This document shows, piece by piece, positions 51,423-60,193 of a stretch of DNA of 64,000 nt. The position numbers and the translations under genes were made by a program. Under the pieces are notes generated by a model. The model ran no database searches and was not told where the DNA came from. It saw nothing but the letters and a program-made list of their open reading frames with translations. Numbering within the stretch: position 1 is the stretch's first letter; the number at the start of each line of letters is the position of its first letter. This stretch comes from an uncultured bacterium (GTDB lineage Bacteria > Acidobacteriota > Thermoanaerobaculia > Multivoradales > J023): positions 153,561-217,560 of the forward strand of contig CBDUGP010000002.1 of the NCBI GenBank assembly GCA_965366625.1, written 5' to 3'.

Positions 51423-52931
51423 ATGCACGAATACATCATCAATTTTTCCGGCGAGTTGAGCCTCAAGAGCAAAGGAACCCGCAATCGGTTCCTGGATCGC
51501 TTGATGCACAACTTGGCCGACGCTCTCAAGACCCACGGGATTGAATACAAGCTGCACAGAAGATGGTCGCGGATTCGGATCGAGTCGAGTTCCGAGCGGG
51601 TGCCCGAAGTGGCCCGCCGGGTCTTTGGTGTGCGCTCGGTGGCGCGGGCTGAGAAGTATCCCTGGGAAACCCTCGACGACTTGGTGTCCACAGGAGCGGA
51701 GCACTTTCGCCCACTCGTGCAGGGACGGACCTTCGCGGTGCGCGCCAAACGTGGCGAGCAAGCCTCCCGCATTCCGTTCAAATCGCCTGAGCTGGAGAGA
51801 CGATTGGGCGCGGAGCTTGCGCCTTATTCGGCAGGGGTAAGCTTGAAAGAACCGGAGGTCGAGGCCCGGATTGAGCTTCATGGAGATGAGGCATACTTTT
51901 TCGTCCATCCAACCGTCGCGGAGGGCGGGCTTCCCCTGGGTGCCGAGGGCCGTGCGCTGACCCTCTTTTCCGGTGGCTTCGATTCACCCGTGGCTTCGTG
52001 GTCCTTGTTGCGCCGAGGGGTTCGTCAGGATTTTCTCTTTTGTAATCTCGGCGGCGAGAAACACACCCGCGAAGTCTTGGAGGTGCTGAAGTCGTTGGTC
52101 GACGGCTGGTGCTTCGGATATAGGCCACGGCTGATTATCGTCGATTTTCGTCCGGTGGTGGAAGATTTGAAGGCCAAGTCCCCGGGACCCCTGTGGCAAG
52201 TTCTGCTCAAACGGTGCATGTTGCGAGTCGCCGACGGTTTGGCGGAATTCCTCAAGGCCTCGGCGTTGATCACCGGTGAGGCTGTTGGTCAGGTTTCCTC
52301 CCAGACCCTGCAGAATTTGGACGTCATCACCCGGGCTGCAGTCCGCCCGGTCTTGCGCCCGATGGTGGCTTGGAACAAGGAAGAGATCATCGCTTTGGCG
52401 CGCAAGATAGGCACCCACGACAGCTCGTCCAAGGTGCCGGAATATTGCGGTCTTCAATCGTCGACCGGGCCGGCGATTCATGCCCGCCTGTCGGAGGTGG
52501 AAGAGGCGGAGGCCCAACTCGATTCCGAGCTTCTGTGGCGAATGGTCAAGGAGCGGGCGATTATTGATCTGCGGGCGTTGGAGCTTGCCGCTGAAGCGGT
52601 CGAGTTGGAAATTGATCACCTGCCCGAGGGGGCCCAGCTTTTGGATCTTCGATCCACCGCGGCTTTCGCAGCTTGGCACCCGGAAGGGGCGGCCCGTCAT
52701 CCATATCCAGAGATCCTTCGCCACCTGGACAACTTCGACAGGGGGCAGTCGTATGTGGTGTTTTGTGAGGTGGGCATCAAAAGCGCTCACCTCGCGGAAG
52801 CCATGACCCGCGCAGGATTTAGGGCCTTTCACCTGAAGAAAGGCGTCCAAACCCTGCGAAAACAAGAAATTGAACGAGACCCGGCCCTCGCGGCATTGCT
52901 CTCCCCGGCCTTCAGGGACAACCGGACCTAG
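51423..52931 (+). CDS. thiI: tRNA 4-thiouridine synthase ThiI with C-terminal rhodanese domain
   Basis: GELSLKS..R, THUMP domain (TFAVRAKR), PP-loop SGGFDS, GQVSSQT, EYCG and rhodanese VFCEVGIKS. Confidence 0.93.
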   Translation: MHEYIINFSGELSLKSKGTRNRFLDRLMHNLADALKTHGIEYKLHRRWSRIRIESSSERVPEVARRVFGVRSVARAEKYPWETLDDLVSTGAEHFRPLVQGRTFAVRAKRGEQASRIPFKSPELERRLGAELAPYSAGVSLKEPEVEARIELHGDEAYFFVHPTVAEGGLPLGAEGRALTLFSGGFDSPVASWSLLRRGVRQDFLFCNLGGEKHTREVLEVLKSLVDGWCFGYRPRLIIVDFRPVVEDLKAKSPGPLWQVLLKRCMLRVADGLAEFLKASALITGEAVGQVSSQTLQNLDVITRAAVRPVLRPMVAWNKEEIIALARKIGTHDSSSKVPEYCGLQSSTGPAIHARLSEVEEAEAQLDSELLWRMVKERAIIDLRALELAAEAVELEIDHLPEGAQLLDLRSTAAFAAWHPEGAARHPYPEILRHLDNFDRGQSYVVFCEVGIKSAHLAEAMTRAGFRAFHLKKGVQTLRKQEIERDPALAALLSPAFRDNRT

Positions 52932-52949
52932 GGACAACCGGACCTAGGG
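52914..52949. repeat. Perfect 16-bp tandem duplication of the thiI 3' end including the stop codon
   Basis: AGGGACAACCGGACCT twice, followed by AGGG. Confidence 0.85.
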
Positions 52950-53046
52950 CGGCTTTGAGCCGTCGCCCGTTTGAGCCACCTAGATGTAATAAAACGAGGT
53001 CGTCCTTACCGACGCCCGTCCCAATCCAACTCCGAGGAAGATGTAG

Positions 53047-55206
53047 ATGCGTGAAGCCAGACTGTTGATTTTCGGAATTCTCATGGCTATGACATTAGTT
53101 TCATGTAACGACTCACCCCAAACCGACACCCCCGACCCGGGCACCAGCGACCAGAGCGACGGAAACGTTTTGCTGGCGGAATGGACCGGCCCATATGGCG
53201 GTCTGCCGCCGTTCGACAAAATGAACATCGCGGATCTCAAACCCGCCATGTCCACGGCAATTGAGAAGAATTTGCAGGGCATTGAGGCCATCGCCGAGCA
53301 GTCGGAGCCCGCGACCTTCGACAATACGATCCTGGCCCTGGAGCGCAACGGATCCGAACTCGGCCGCGTGTCCGCGGTTTTCGGAGTTTGGATTGCAAAT
53401 CTCTCGACCCCAGAGGTGCGCGAGGCCCAGGGCGAGATCATGGCCATGTTGGCGGACATGCAGAGCAAGATCACTCAGAACAAGAAACTCTTTCAACGGA
53501 TCCAAACCGTCTATGAGAGCGACGAGCTGAAGGCGCGGAGCGCCGATGAGCAACGGTTGGTGAAGCTGGTCTACGAAGGATTTGCCCACAACGGTGCGAC
53601 CCTCGAAGGAGAGGCGAAAGAGCGTTACGCCGAGATCAACAAAGAGCTGGCGGACCTGCACACTCAATTTTCCAACAACGTGTTGGCGGACGAAGAGGGC
53701 TATGTTCTCTATTTGGACGAGTCCCAGCTCGGCGGTCTGCCCGAGTCTTTGGTCTCAGCGGCTGCGTCGGCGGCAAAAGACCGGGGCGAGGAGGGCAAAT
53801 ACGCGATTCTCAATACCCGTTCGTCGATGGATCCGTTCCTGACCTATTCGACTCAGCGAGATCTGAGAGAAAAAGTCTGGCGCACCTACTACAGCCGGGG
53901 CGACAACGGCGACGAGCACGACAACAATGCTCTGATCGCCCAAATTCTCCAGCTGCGCAATGAGCGAGTGGGTCTTTTGGGTTATGAGAATTATGCCCAG
54001 TGGAGGCTGACGGACCGCATGGCGAAAACCCCGGAAAAGGCCCTCGGGCTGATGGAAGCGGTTTGGCCGGCCGCGGTTGCACGCGTTCGCGAGGAAGTGG
54101 CGGACATGCAGGCAATCGCCGATCAGGAAGGCGCCGGCATCACCATCGAGCCCTGGGACTACCGCTACTACGCGGAGAAAGTTCGCAAAGCCAAGTACGA
54201 TTTGGATTCCAACGAGGTCAAGCAATATTTGCAGCTCGACAAGTTGCGCGAGGCCATGTTCTTTGTCGCGGGTGAACTCTTCGACTTTAAATTCACGGCC
54301 GTGCCCGACGGCACCGTGCCGGTCTTCCACGAGGACGTGAAAGTCTGGGAGGTGACGGACAAAAACTCAGGTGAGCATATCGGTCTTTGGTATTTGGATC
54401 CGTTCGCGCGGACGGGCAAGCGGTCCGGTGCTTGGGCCACGAGCTATCGAGGACACGAGACCTTTGACGGCAAGAAGACCGTGCTTTCCGCCAATAACTC
54501 GAATTTCATCAAAGGCGCCCCCGGCGAGCCGGTGCTGGTGTCCTGGGACGACGCGACGACGTTCTTCCACGAATTTGGTCACGGCCTCCATGCCCTCTCC
54601 TCCAACGTTGCTTACCCCACCCTCAACGGTGGTGTTCGGGATTACACGGAATTCCAAAGCCAGCTGCTCGAGCGCTGGTTGCTTACCGACGAGGTGATCA
54701 ATCAATTCTTAGTGCATCACGAGACGGGAGAGCCGATTCCTGCCGGGCTGGTGCAGAAAATCAAGAACGCGTCGACCTTCAACCAAGGCTTCTCCACCAC
54801 CGAATATTTGGCGTCGGCCTTGATGGACATGCGCTATCACACCGTCGATCCCACCGGATTGGATGCCGATAAATTTGAGCGTGAGACCTTGGCCGAACTC
54901 GGAATGCCCGACGAGCTGGTGATGCGCCATCGCTCGCCGCACTTTGGGCATATCTTTTCCGGCGAGGGGTATTCCACCGGTTATTACGGCTACCTTTGGG
55001 CGGACGTGCTGACCAGTGACGCGGCCGAGGCCTTTGTCGAGGCTCCGGGCGGTTTCTACGATAAAGAGATGGCCAAGAAGTTGGTGACCCACCTCTTCGC
55101 CCCACGCAACGCCGTGGATCCGGCAGACGCTTACCGCGCCTTCCGAGGTCGGGATGCAAAGATCGAAGCGTTGATGCGTGATCGAGGATTCCCGGTCAAC
55201 CCGTAA
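53047..55206 (+). CDS. dcp: M3 family peptidyl-dipeptidase Dcp-like lipoprotein
   Basis: LVSC lipobox; PWDYRYY, KRSGAW, FHEFGHGLH, HIFSG.GY..GYY.YLW motifs. Confidence 0.92.
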   Translation: MREARLLIFGILMAMTLVSCNDSPQTDTPDPGTSDQSDGNVLLAEWTGPYGGLPPFDKMNIADLKPAMSTAIEKNLQGIEAIAEQSEPATFDNTILALERNGSELGRVSAVFGVWIANLSTPEVREAQGEIMAMLADMQSKITQNKKLFQRIQTVYESDELKARSADEQRLVKLVYEGFAHNGATLEGEAKERYAEINKELADLHTQFSNNVLADEEGYVLYLDESQLGGLPESLVSAAASAAKDRGEEGKYAILNTRSSMDPFLTYSTQRDLREKVWRTYYSRGDNGDEHDNNALIAQILQLRNERVGLLGYENYAQWRLTDRMAKTPEKALGLMEAVWPAAVARVREEVADMQAIADQEGAGITIEPWDYRYYAEKVRKAKYDLDSNEVKQYLQLDKLREAMFFVAGELFDFKFTAVPDGTVPVFHEDVKVWEVTDKNSGEHIGLWYLDPFARTGKRSGAWATSYRGHETFDGKKTVLSANNSNFIKGAPGEPVLVSWDDATTFFHEFGHGLHALSSNVAYPTLNGGVRDYTEFQSQLLERWLLTDEVINQFLVHHETGEPIPAGLVQKIKNASTFNQGFSTTEYLASALMDMRYHTVDPTGLDADKFERETLAELGMPDELVMRHRSPHFGHIFSGEGYSTGYYGYLWADVLTSDAAEAFVEAPGGFYDKEMAKKLVTHLFAPRNAVDPADAYRAFRGRDAKIEALMRDRGFPVNP

Positions 55207-55230
55207 CTGGGCTGGACCAAAGTAGGCAGC

Positions 55231-55265
55231 AAAAAAGGCGTCACACCTCGGTGCGACGCCTTTTG
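55231..55265. terminator. Bidirectional intrinsic terminator between dcp and pckA
   Basis: AAAAAAGGCGTCACAC-CTCG-GTGCGACGCCTTTTG. Confidence 0.88.
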
Positions 55266-55459
55266 TGTGGGCTCGTTCTTTCTAGAAACAACCAAGCGGC
55301 TCCGGCGCGTCGGTCTGGGCCTTCCCCCGCCGGGACTCAGAGGCGCGCGACGGGTCGACCTCCCGCCCCGGCTCTGGAAGGCCCGTCCCTCCTTTTCCTC
55401 CGGCTTCTTGGCACGAAGGAGCGCCGTCAGGCGTGAGAGCTGGAAGGAAGTTAGCCCAG

Positions 55460-57073
55460 CTAGTCGACTTTGGGCGCCGCGTTTTTGATTGCGTCGCTGA
55501 CGCCGTCGGCGAATTGCTCGAAGTTGTCGACGAACATGCGCGCCAGCTTGTGGGCTTGTTGCTCGAAAGCCTGGGTGTCGGACCAAGTGTTCTTGGGCAC
55601 CAAGAGTTCGTCCGGCACGCCGTCGATGGCCGTCGGGATCTCAACGCCGAAAATGGGATCGGTCACCGTTTTGACGCCGTCCAGCTCTCCGGCCAAGGCT
55701 GCTTTTACCATTCGACGGGTGTAGGGCAGCTTCATGCGCGAGCCGACCCCGTGGGGGCCGCCGGCCCAGCCGGTATTGACCAACCACACCTTGGCGCCAT
55801 GCTCGGAGATTTTCTTGCCCAATAGCTCGGCGTACACACCGGGGTGCAGAGGCATGAACGGTGCACCAAAGCAGGTCGAAAAAGTCGCCGTGGGCTCTTT
55901 GACGCCCCTCTCCGTTCCGGCGACCTTGGCGGTATAACCGGATAGGAAGTGGTACATGGCCTGGGCTTCGGTGAGGCGTGAAATCGGCGGCAACACTCCA
56001 AAGGCGTCGCAGGTCAGGAAAACGACGTTTTTGGGATGACCCGCGGTACCCGAAAGATCCACGTTCTCCAGGTGGGTCAAGGGGTAGCTGGCGCGAGTAT
56101 TCTCAGTCTTTCCAGCATCGTCGAAGTCGATCTGGCGGCTTTCCGCATCGAAGACGATGTTTTCTAGAATCGTGCCGAACCGCTTGGTGGTGGCGTAGAT
56201 CTCAGGCTCGGTCTCGGGGTTGAGGCGGATCACCTTGGCGTAACAGCCGCCCTCGAAGTTGAACACGCCCTGGTCGCTCCAACCGTGTTCGTCGTCGCCG
56301 ATCAGCGACCGCTCGGCGTCGGCGGAAAGGGTCGTTTTCCCCGTGCCCGAGAGGCCGAAGAAGAGAGCTACGTTTTGGTCGTCGCCGGTCACGTAGTTGG
56401 CGCTGCAATGCATCGCCATGACACCTTTCTTCGGCAACAAATAATTCATCACGGTGAAGATGCTTTTCTTGATCTCACCGGCGTATTGGGTGCCGCCGAT
56501 CAAAGCAATGCGACGGCCGAAGTCGAGAAGAATGAAAGTCGAGCTGCGAGTGCCGTCGACCTCGGGAATCGCTTGGAGGCCGGGCACGTTGAGCACCGTA
56601 AAGTCGGGTTTGAAGTCCTGGAGGGCCTCGCCGTCGGCCTCGCGGATGAACATATTGCGGGCGAAAAGATTCTGCCAGGCATTCTCGTTGATCACCCGCA
56701 CCTTGATTCGGTGTTGCTCATCTGCGCCGGCATAACCGTCGAAAACAAAGAGGTCTCGATTCTGGCAGTAGGCTTGAGCCTTGCTCAGAAGGGCGTCGAA
56801 AACCGACTGATCCACCGGTCGGTTGACCGGGCCCCACCAAATGTCGTCCTTGGAAGACGGCTCTTCCACGACAAATTTGTCATTTGGAGAGCGGCCGGTG
56901 TGGGCGCCGGTTTCGGCGATCAGTGGCCCTTCCGGGGCGAGCAATGCCTCGCCTCGCAGAATGGCTTGCTCATAAAGGCGGGCCACGGGCAGGTTCCAAT
57001 AGACCGTTCCGGTGTTTTGGATGCCGTGGATATCTAGACCATGCCGGCTGATGTATGGGCCATTGTCAGTCAT
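55460..57073 (-). CDS. pckA: ATP-dependent phosphoenolpyruvate carboxykinase
   Basis: TGRSPNDK, YAGEIKK, GLSGTGKTTLS, LIGDDEHGW, NFEGGCYAK and ENTR motifs. Confidence 0.98.
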   Translation of the reverse strand: MTDNGPYISRHGLDIHGIQNTGTVYWNLPVARLYEQAILRGEALLAPEGPLIAETGAHTGRSPNDKFVVEEPSSKDDIWWGPVNRPVDQSVFDALLSKAQAYCQNRDLFVFDGYAGADEQHRIKVRVINENAWQNLFARNMFIREADGEALQDFKPDFTVLNVPGLQAIPEVDGTRSSTFILLDFGRRIALIGGTQYAGEIKKSIFTVMNYLLPKKGVMAMHCSANYVTGDDQNVALFFGLSGTGKTTLSADAERSLIGDDEHGWSDQGVFNFEGGCYAKVIRLNPETEPEIYATTKRFGTILENIVFDAESRQIDFDDAGKTENTRASYPLTHLENVDLSGTAGHPKNVVFLTCDAFGVLPPISRLTEAQAMYHFLSGYTAKVAGTERGVKEPTATFSTCFGAPFMPLHPGVYAELLGKKISEHGAKVWLVNTGWAGGPHGVGSRMKLPYTRRMVKAALAGELDGVKTVTDPIFGVEIPTAIDGVPDELLVPKNTWSDTQAFEQQAHKLARMFVDNFEQFADGVSDAIKNAAPKVD

Positions 57074-57208
57074 GGAAAGATCCTCAAAGTGGTCCTAATG
57101 CAAAAAATCTCAGGATGTTCGATTCTTGTCGGAATGGGAAATTCGAGCGAGGTTCCACGGTTGGGGAAGATCTCTGAAGAGTGTGGATGGGCTGCCCGGG
57201 AAGCGATC

Positions 57209-58252
57209 TTACACCAGGGTGCCTTGCTCCACCAGCCGTAGGGTCGTCTGGACTACAGCACGCAGGGATGAAGCATCGGCTTGGTCCTTCCCCGCAATGT
57301 CGTAAGCGGTTCCGTGATCGACTGAAGTGCGTATGTAGGGCAACCCGAGGGTCCAATTGGTGGCGTTGCCGAAGGCTGCTGTTTTGACGCCGATCAGGCC
57401 CTGATCGTGGTAGAGCGCCAGGACCCAATCGCAGGAGCCGCGGATCGCACGGGAAAAGAGGGAGTCGGCGCTTTCCGGTCCATGGACATCGAGGCCTTCG
57501 GCCCGCGCTTTCTCCACTGCCGGTCGCACTTCCCGATCGTCGACGGTGCCGATCAGTCCCCCTTCTCCGGCGTGGGGATCGAGCCCGGCGACGACGATCC
57601 GGCCGTGACAATGTCGTCCCATACATCGAAGAGCAGCGAGGACAGATTCTTGGGTCACGTGCTCGATGGCCTGTCGAAGAGAGATGTGGGTCGAGAGCAA
57701 GGCGACTTGCAGGTCGGGGGCCAGGAAGGCCATCAAATAGTCCTCGCCGTAGGTGGAGAGGCCCGCCTTTTGTGCCAGATAGTCGGTGTGTCCTCGGAAA
57801 TCCGGATCTACGTGCTGAGCAATTTCAGCCTTATTCAAGGGGGCGGTGATCAACGCCGCGCCGGAGCCCTCGGTCACCAGCCCGACTGCCAAGTCTAGGG
57901 CCGCTAGGGCGCCTCCGGCGTCCGCCTGTCCGGGCCGACCCGGAGATACCAGGCGACCCGAATCTGGCAAAGGATCCAGGATACCGATGCCCTCGCCGAT
58001 GCCCTTGAGACCGGAAATGGAATCCGAGCCGGCACCGTTGTCGAGGAAATGAAACGTGTCCCATGCCACGTCCATCGCTGAGTCCAGAAGACTGTGAAAG
58101 GCCGCCCGCTCCAAGACCAGCAGGGGTCTGCAAACCTCCCTGAGCCAGGGCTCGGAGGCTACTTTCAGCAGAATTTCCGGTCCGATGCCGGCCGGATCGC
58201 CTTGGGTGAACACCAAAACTGGTCGTGGGTCGGTGGAGGGACGATCGGTCAT
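57209..58252 (-). CDS. pdxA: 4-hydroxythreonine-4-phosphate dehydrogenase (PdxA family)
   Basis: GDPAGIGPE, TAPLNK, GHT, PHAGE, YHDQGL and RTSVDHGTA motifs; probable start ATG 58252. Confidence 0.92.
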   Translation of the reverse strand: MTDRPSTDPRPVLVFTQGDPAGIGPEILLKVASEPWLREVCRPLLVLERAAFHSLLDSAMDVAWDTFHFLDNGAGSDSISGLKGIGEGIGILDPLPDSGRLVSPGRPGQADAGGALAALDLAVGLVTEGSGAALITAPLNKAEIAQHVDPDFRGHTDYLAQKAGLSTYGEDYLMAFLAPDLQVALLSTHISLRQAIEHVTQESVLAALRCMGRHCHGRIVVAGLDPHAGEGGLIGTVDDREVRPAVEKARAEGLDVHGPESADSLFSRAIRGSCDWVLALYHDQGLIGVKTAAFGNATNWTLGLPYIRTSVDHGTAYDIAGKDQADASSLRAVVQTTLRLVEQGTLV

Positions 58253-58290
58253 GGTCGGTGATTCCCGGTTTGAGTAAGTGGGGACCCATA

Positions 58291-58334
58291 CGGCTGAGGG
58301 CCGGCGCTTCCGTAGAAGCACCGGCCCTCAGCTG
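58291..58334. other. Long GC-rich hairpin between fadL and pdxA without a U-tract
   Basis: GCTGAGGGCCGG.GCTTC-CGTA-GAAGC.CCGGCCCTCAGC. Confidence 0.7.
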
Positions 58335-58354
58335 TTCGGATCTACGAAAACGAA

Positions 58355-59638
58355 TCAGAAGCGCATGTTGAGCGACGCTCCGGCGAGTTGCACGAAGGTC
58401 TCGTAGGTACCTGCAATCACACCCTCTTCACCGGGGATAGCGGTGATGTCGTCAAACCAAAGCGGCATGTAGTAGAGGTCGAGGCTGAAGCGATTTCCCG
58501 TATGGCCATAACCGATGGATAGACCCTTGCGGTTGGCGTCCGGAATCGAGGGGCGAAGGAATTCCTCGGGAACCGGGCTTTCGTCGTAAACAGCGCCGAA
58601 TCGCCACTCCGACTTCGGAGAGGATTTCCAGATGGCACCGATGCGATAAGAGAAGGTGTCGTCCCAATTTTCTTCGACGATGAAATCGCGGGACAACAAG
58701 GTCTCAGTTTCCAAATCGACAACGATCGCCTCGAAAGCCGACCATTCCGACCAGGCGACGTCAACCTCGATCGAGAACTGATTGGTCAGCTGCACGCCCC
58801 AGCCGATCGCGGCTTGGGCCGGCAGCTCGATGGAAGCGGTGCCGGCGGAGGCCGGGAAGAACGGCGACAGAGGGCCAAAGTCGGAGTATTCAATGGCGCC
58901 GTCGAGTTCCAGCTCGAAACCGGTGCGGTAGGTGAAACCGAATGAGGTGCTGTTGCCCTGATACGACAGCGCCACGTTCCAGCCGATCTCGGTGGTATCA
59001 CCGGTCAAATTGGAAAAGCCGATCACCTCAAAACCGTTGAGGGGGTTGCCGTCCAGGTCGATGGGCACCTCACGGGAAAAAGAGCCGACGTCAGCAAACA
59101 TATAGTCCACACCAACCGCCACGCTGAAGGTCTCGGTCAGCCGGAAGGCGATGTTGGGGTTGAGCACAAACGTCGTGAGTTCCGACTTATTGGCTGTGAA
59201 GGTGATCGGACGTTGGTCCCATTCCGTCACCAAACCGAACGGAGTGGTGATGCCGATACCCCAAGCGATATTGGAGCTGACTTTCTTGGTGTAATAGAGG
59301 TGAATCGGGGTTTCGATCGAGTCTTCGGGATTGAAGGTCGTGGATTGGAAGACGCCGAAATTGGGATCGAGCACCGTCAGATCGGTATCCCCACCGGCGG
59401 TGATCAAATTGCCGCCGAATTGAAATTGGGTGCCGTCCATCCAAACCAAATTGGCCGGGTTGTACCAATTGGCGGAGGCATCGTCGGCAGAGGCGACAAA
59501 TGCCCCGGCCACGCCCGAGGCCTTGGCCCCCTGCTCGAAAATACTGAAACCGGAAGCAAAAACGCTGGAAGCGATTAGGGTCGAGGCTAAGAGGCCTAGG
59601 CCAGCCACCTTCAAGGGGCTTATGGGTTGATCGGTCAT
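58355..59638 (-). CDS. fadL: OmpP1/FadL family outer-membrane transporter
   Basis: Signal peptide, GF.IFEQ..ADDASA..YNPA hatch motif, P.IPDA.R and terminal F; AAGGAG RBS before ATG 59638. Confidence 0.9.
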   Translation of the reverse strand: MTDQPISPLKVAGLGLLASTLIASSVFASGFSIFEQGAKASGVAGAFVASADDASANWYNPANLVWMDGTQFQFGGNLITAGGDTDLTVLDPNFGVFQSTTFNPEDSIETPIHLYYTKKVSSNIAWGIGITTPFGLVTEWDQRPITFTANKSELTTFVLNPNIAFRLTETFSVAVGVDYMFADVGSFSREVPIDLDGNPLNGFEVIGFSNLTGDTTEIGWNVALSYQGNSTSFGFTYRTGFELELDGAIEYSDFGPLSPFFPASAGTASIELPAQAAIGWGVQLTNQFSIEVDVAWSEWSAFEAIVVDLETETLLSRDFIVEENWDDTFSYRIGAIWKSSPKSEWRFGAVYDESPVPEEFLRPSIPDANRKGLSIGYGHTGNRFSLDLYYMPLWFDDITAIPGEEGVIAGTYETFVQLAGASLNMRF

Positions 59639-59705
59639 TGGAGTCTCCTTGTCCACACCGCTCGAAAATAAGCTTCAATGCCGCAGTGTGGCATTTGCAG
59701 TTTAA

Positions 59706-59762
59706 ACCATCACGTCTTTAAGCCATCACGTCGTTGAATCATCACGTTGAACGGTCACGTCT
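59706..59762. repeat. Four (CA)TCACGT direct repeats upstream of fadL
   Basis: CATCACGT at 59708, 59724 and 59740, and GGTCACGT at 59753 (spacing 16, 16, 13). Confidence 0.7.
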
Positions 59763-59831
59763 CGGCCTGCCCGGGCCGTCGACGATCAGTGGGTCTTCAA
59801 TAGGAAAAAGCGGGAACGAAACTGCGAATCC

Positions 59832-59873
59832 AGTGCTCAGGAAATAAGTGCTCAGGAATTCAGCGCTCAGGAA
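59832..59873. repeat. Three 15-bp tandem repeats containing the hfq-like stop codon
   Basis: AGTGCTCAGGAAATA, AGTGCTCAGGAATTC, AGCGCTCAGGAA. Confidence 0.75.
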
Positions 59874-60193
59874 GCGGATGTAGAGCGGTCACGTTTACGA
59901 AACCGCTTGAGTTCTTCTTCTTTGAACATGTAGCGGATGTTTCGTTTCAAAACCAAAAGATTGGGCCCATTGGTGCGATTCAGCTTAATCGCCCCTTTGT
60001 CGTACCACTCGATCCAGCCCTGCAGCTCTTCATCGTTGTTCAGGACCACGACCATCGGGGTCTTGGCCGCCATCTGTTTCAGATAGTAGAACTCTTCGGC
60101 ATTGGTCTGTTCCGGAGGTACATGCTTGCGTCGTACTCCGCGCCCTGCGCGTTGGTCTGCGGCGTCCGGGCGGATCAACTTTCGATTGCTCAT
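59867..60193 (-). CDS. Divergent Hfq-like (Sm-fold) RNA-binding protein
   Basis: E..YLKQM..KTPMVVVL.N.EELQG.IEWYD..AIKL..NLLVLK.NI fits the Hfq Sm1/Sm2 pattern; basic N- and C-terminal tails. Confidence 0.75.
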   Translation of the reverse strand: MSNRKLIRPDAADQRAGRGVRRKHVPPEQTNAEEFYYLKQMAAKTPMVVVLNNDEELQGWIEWYDKGAIKLNRTNGPNLLVLKRNIRYMFKEEELKRFRKRDRSTSAS

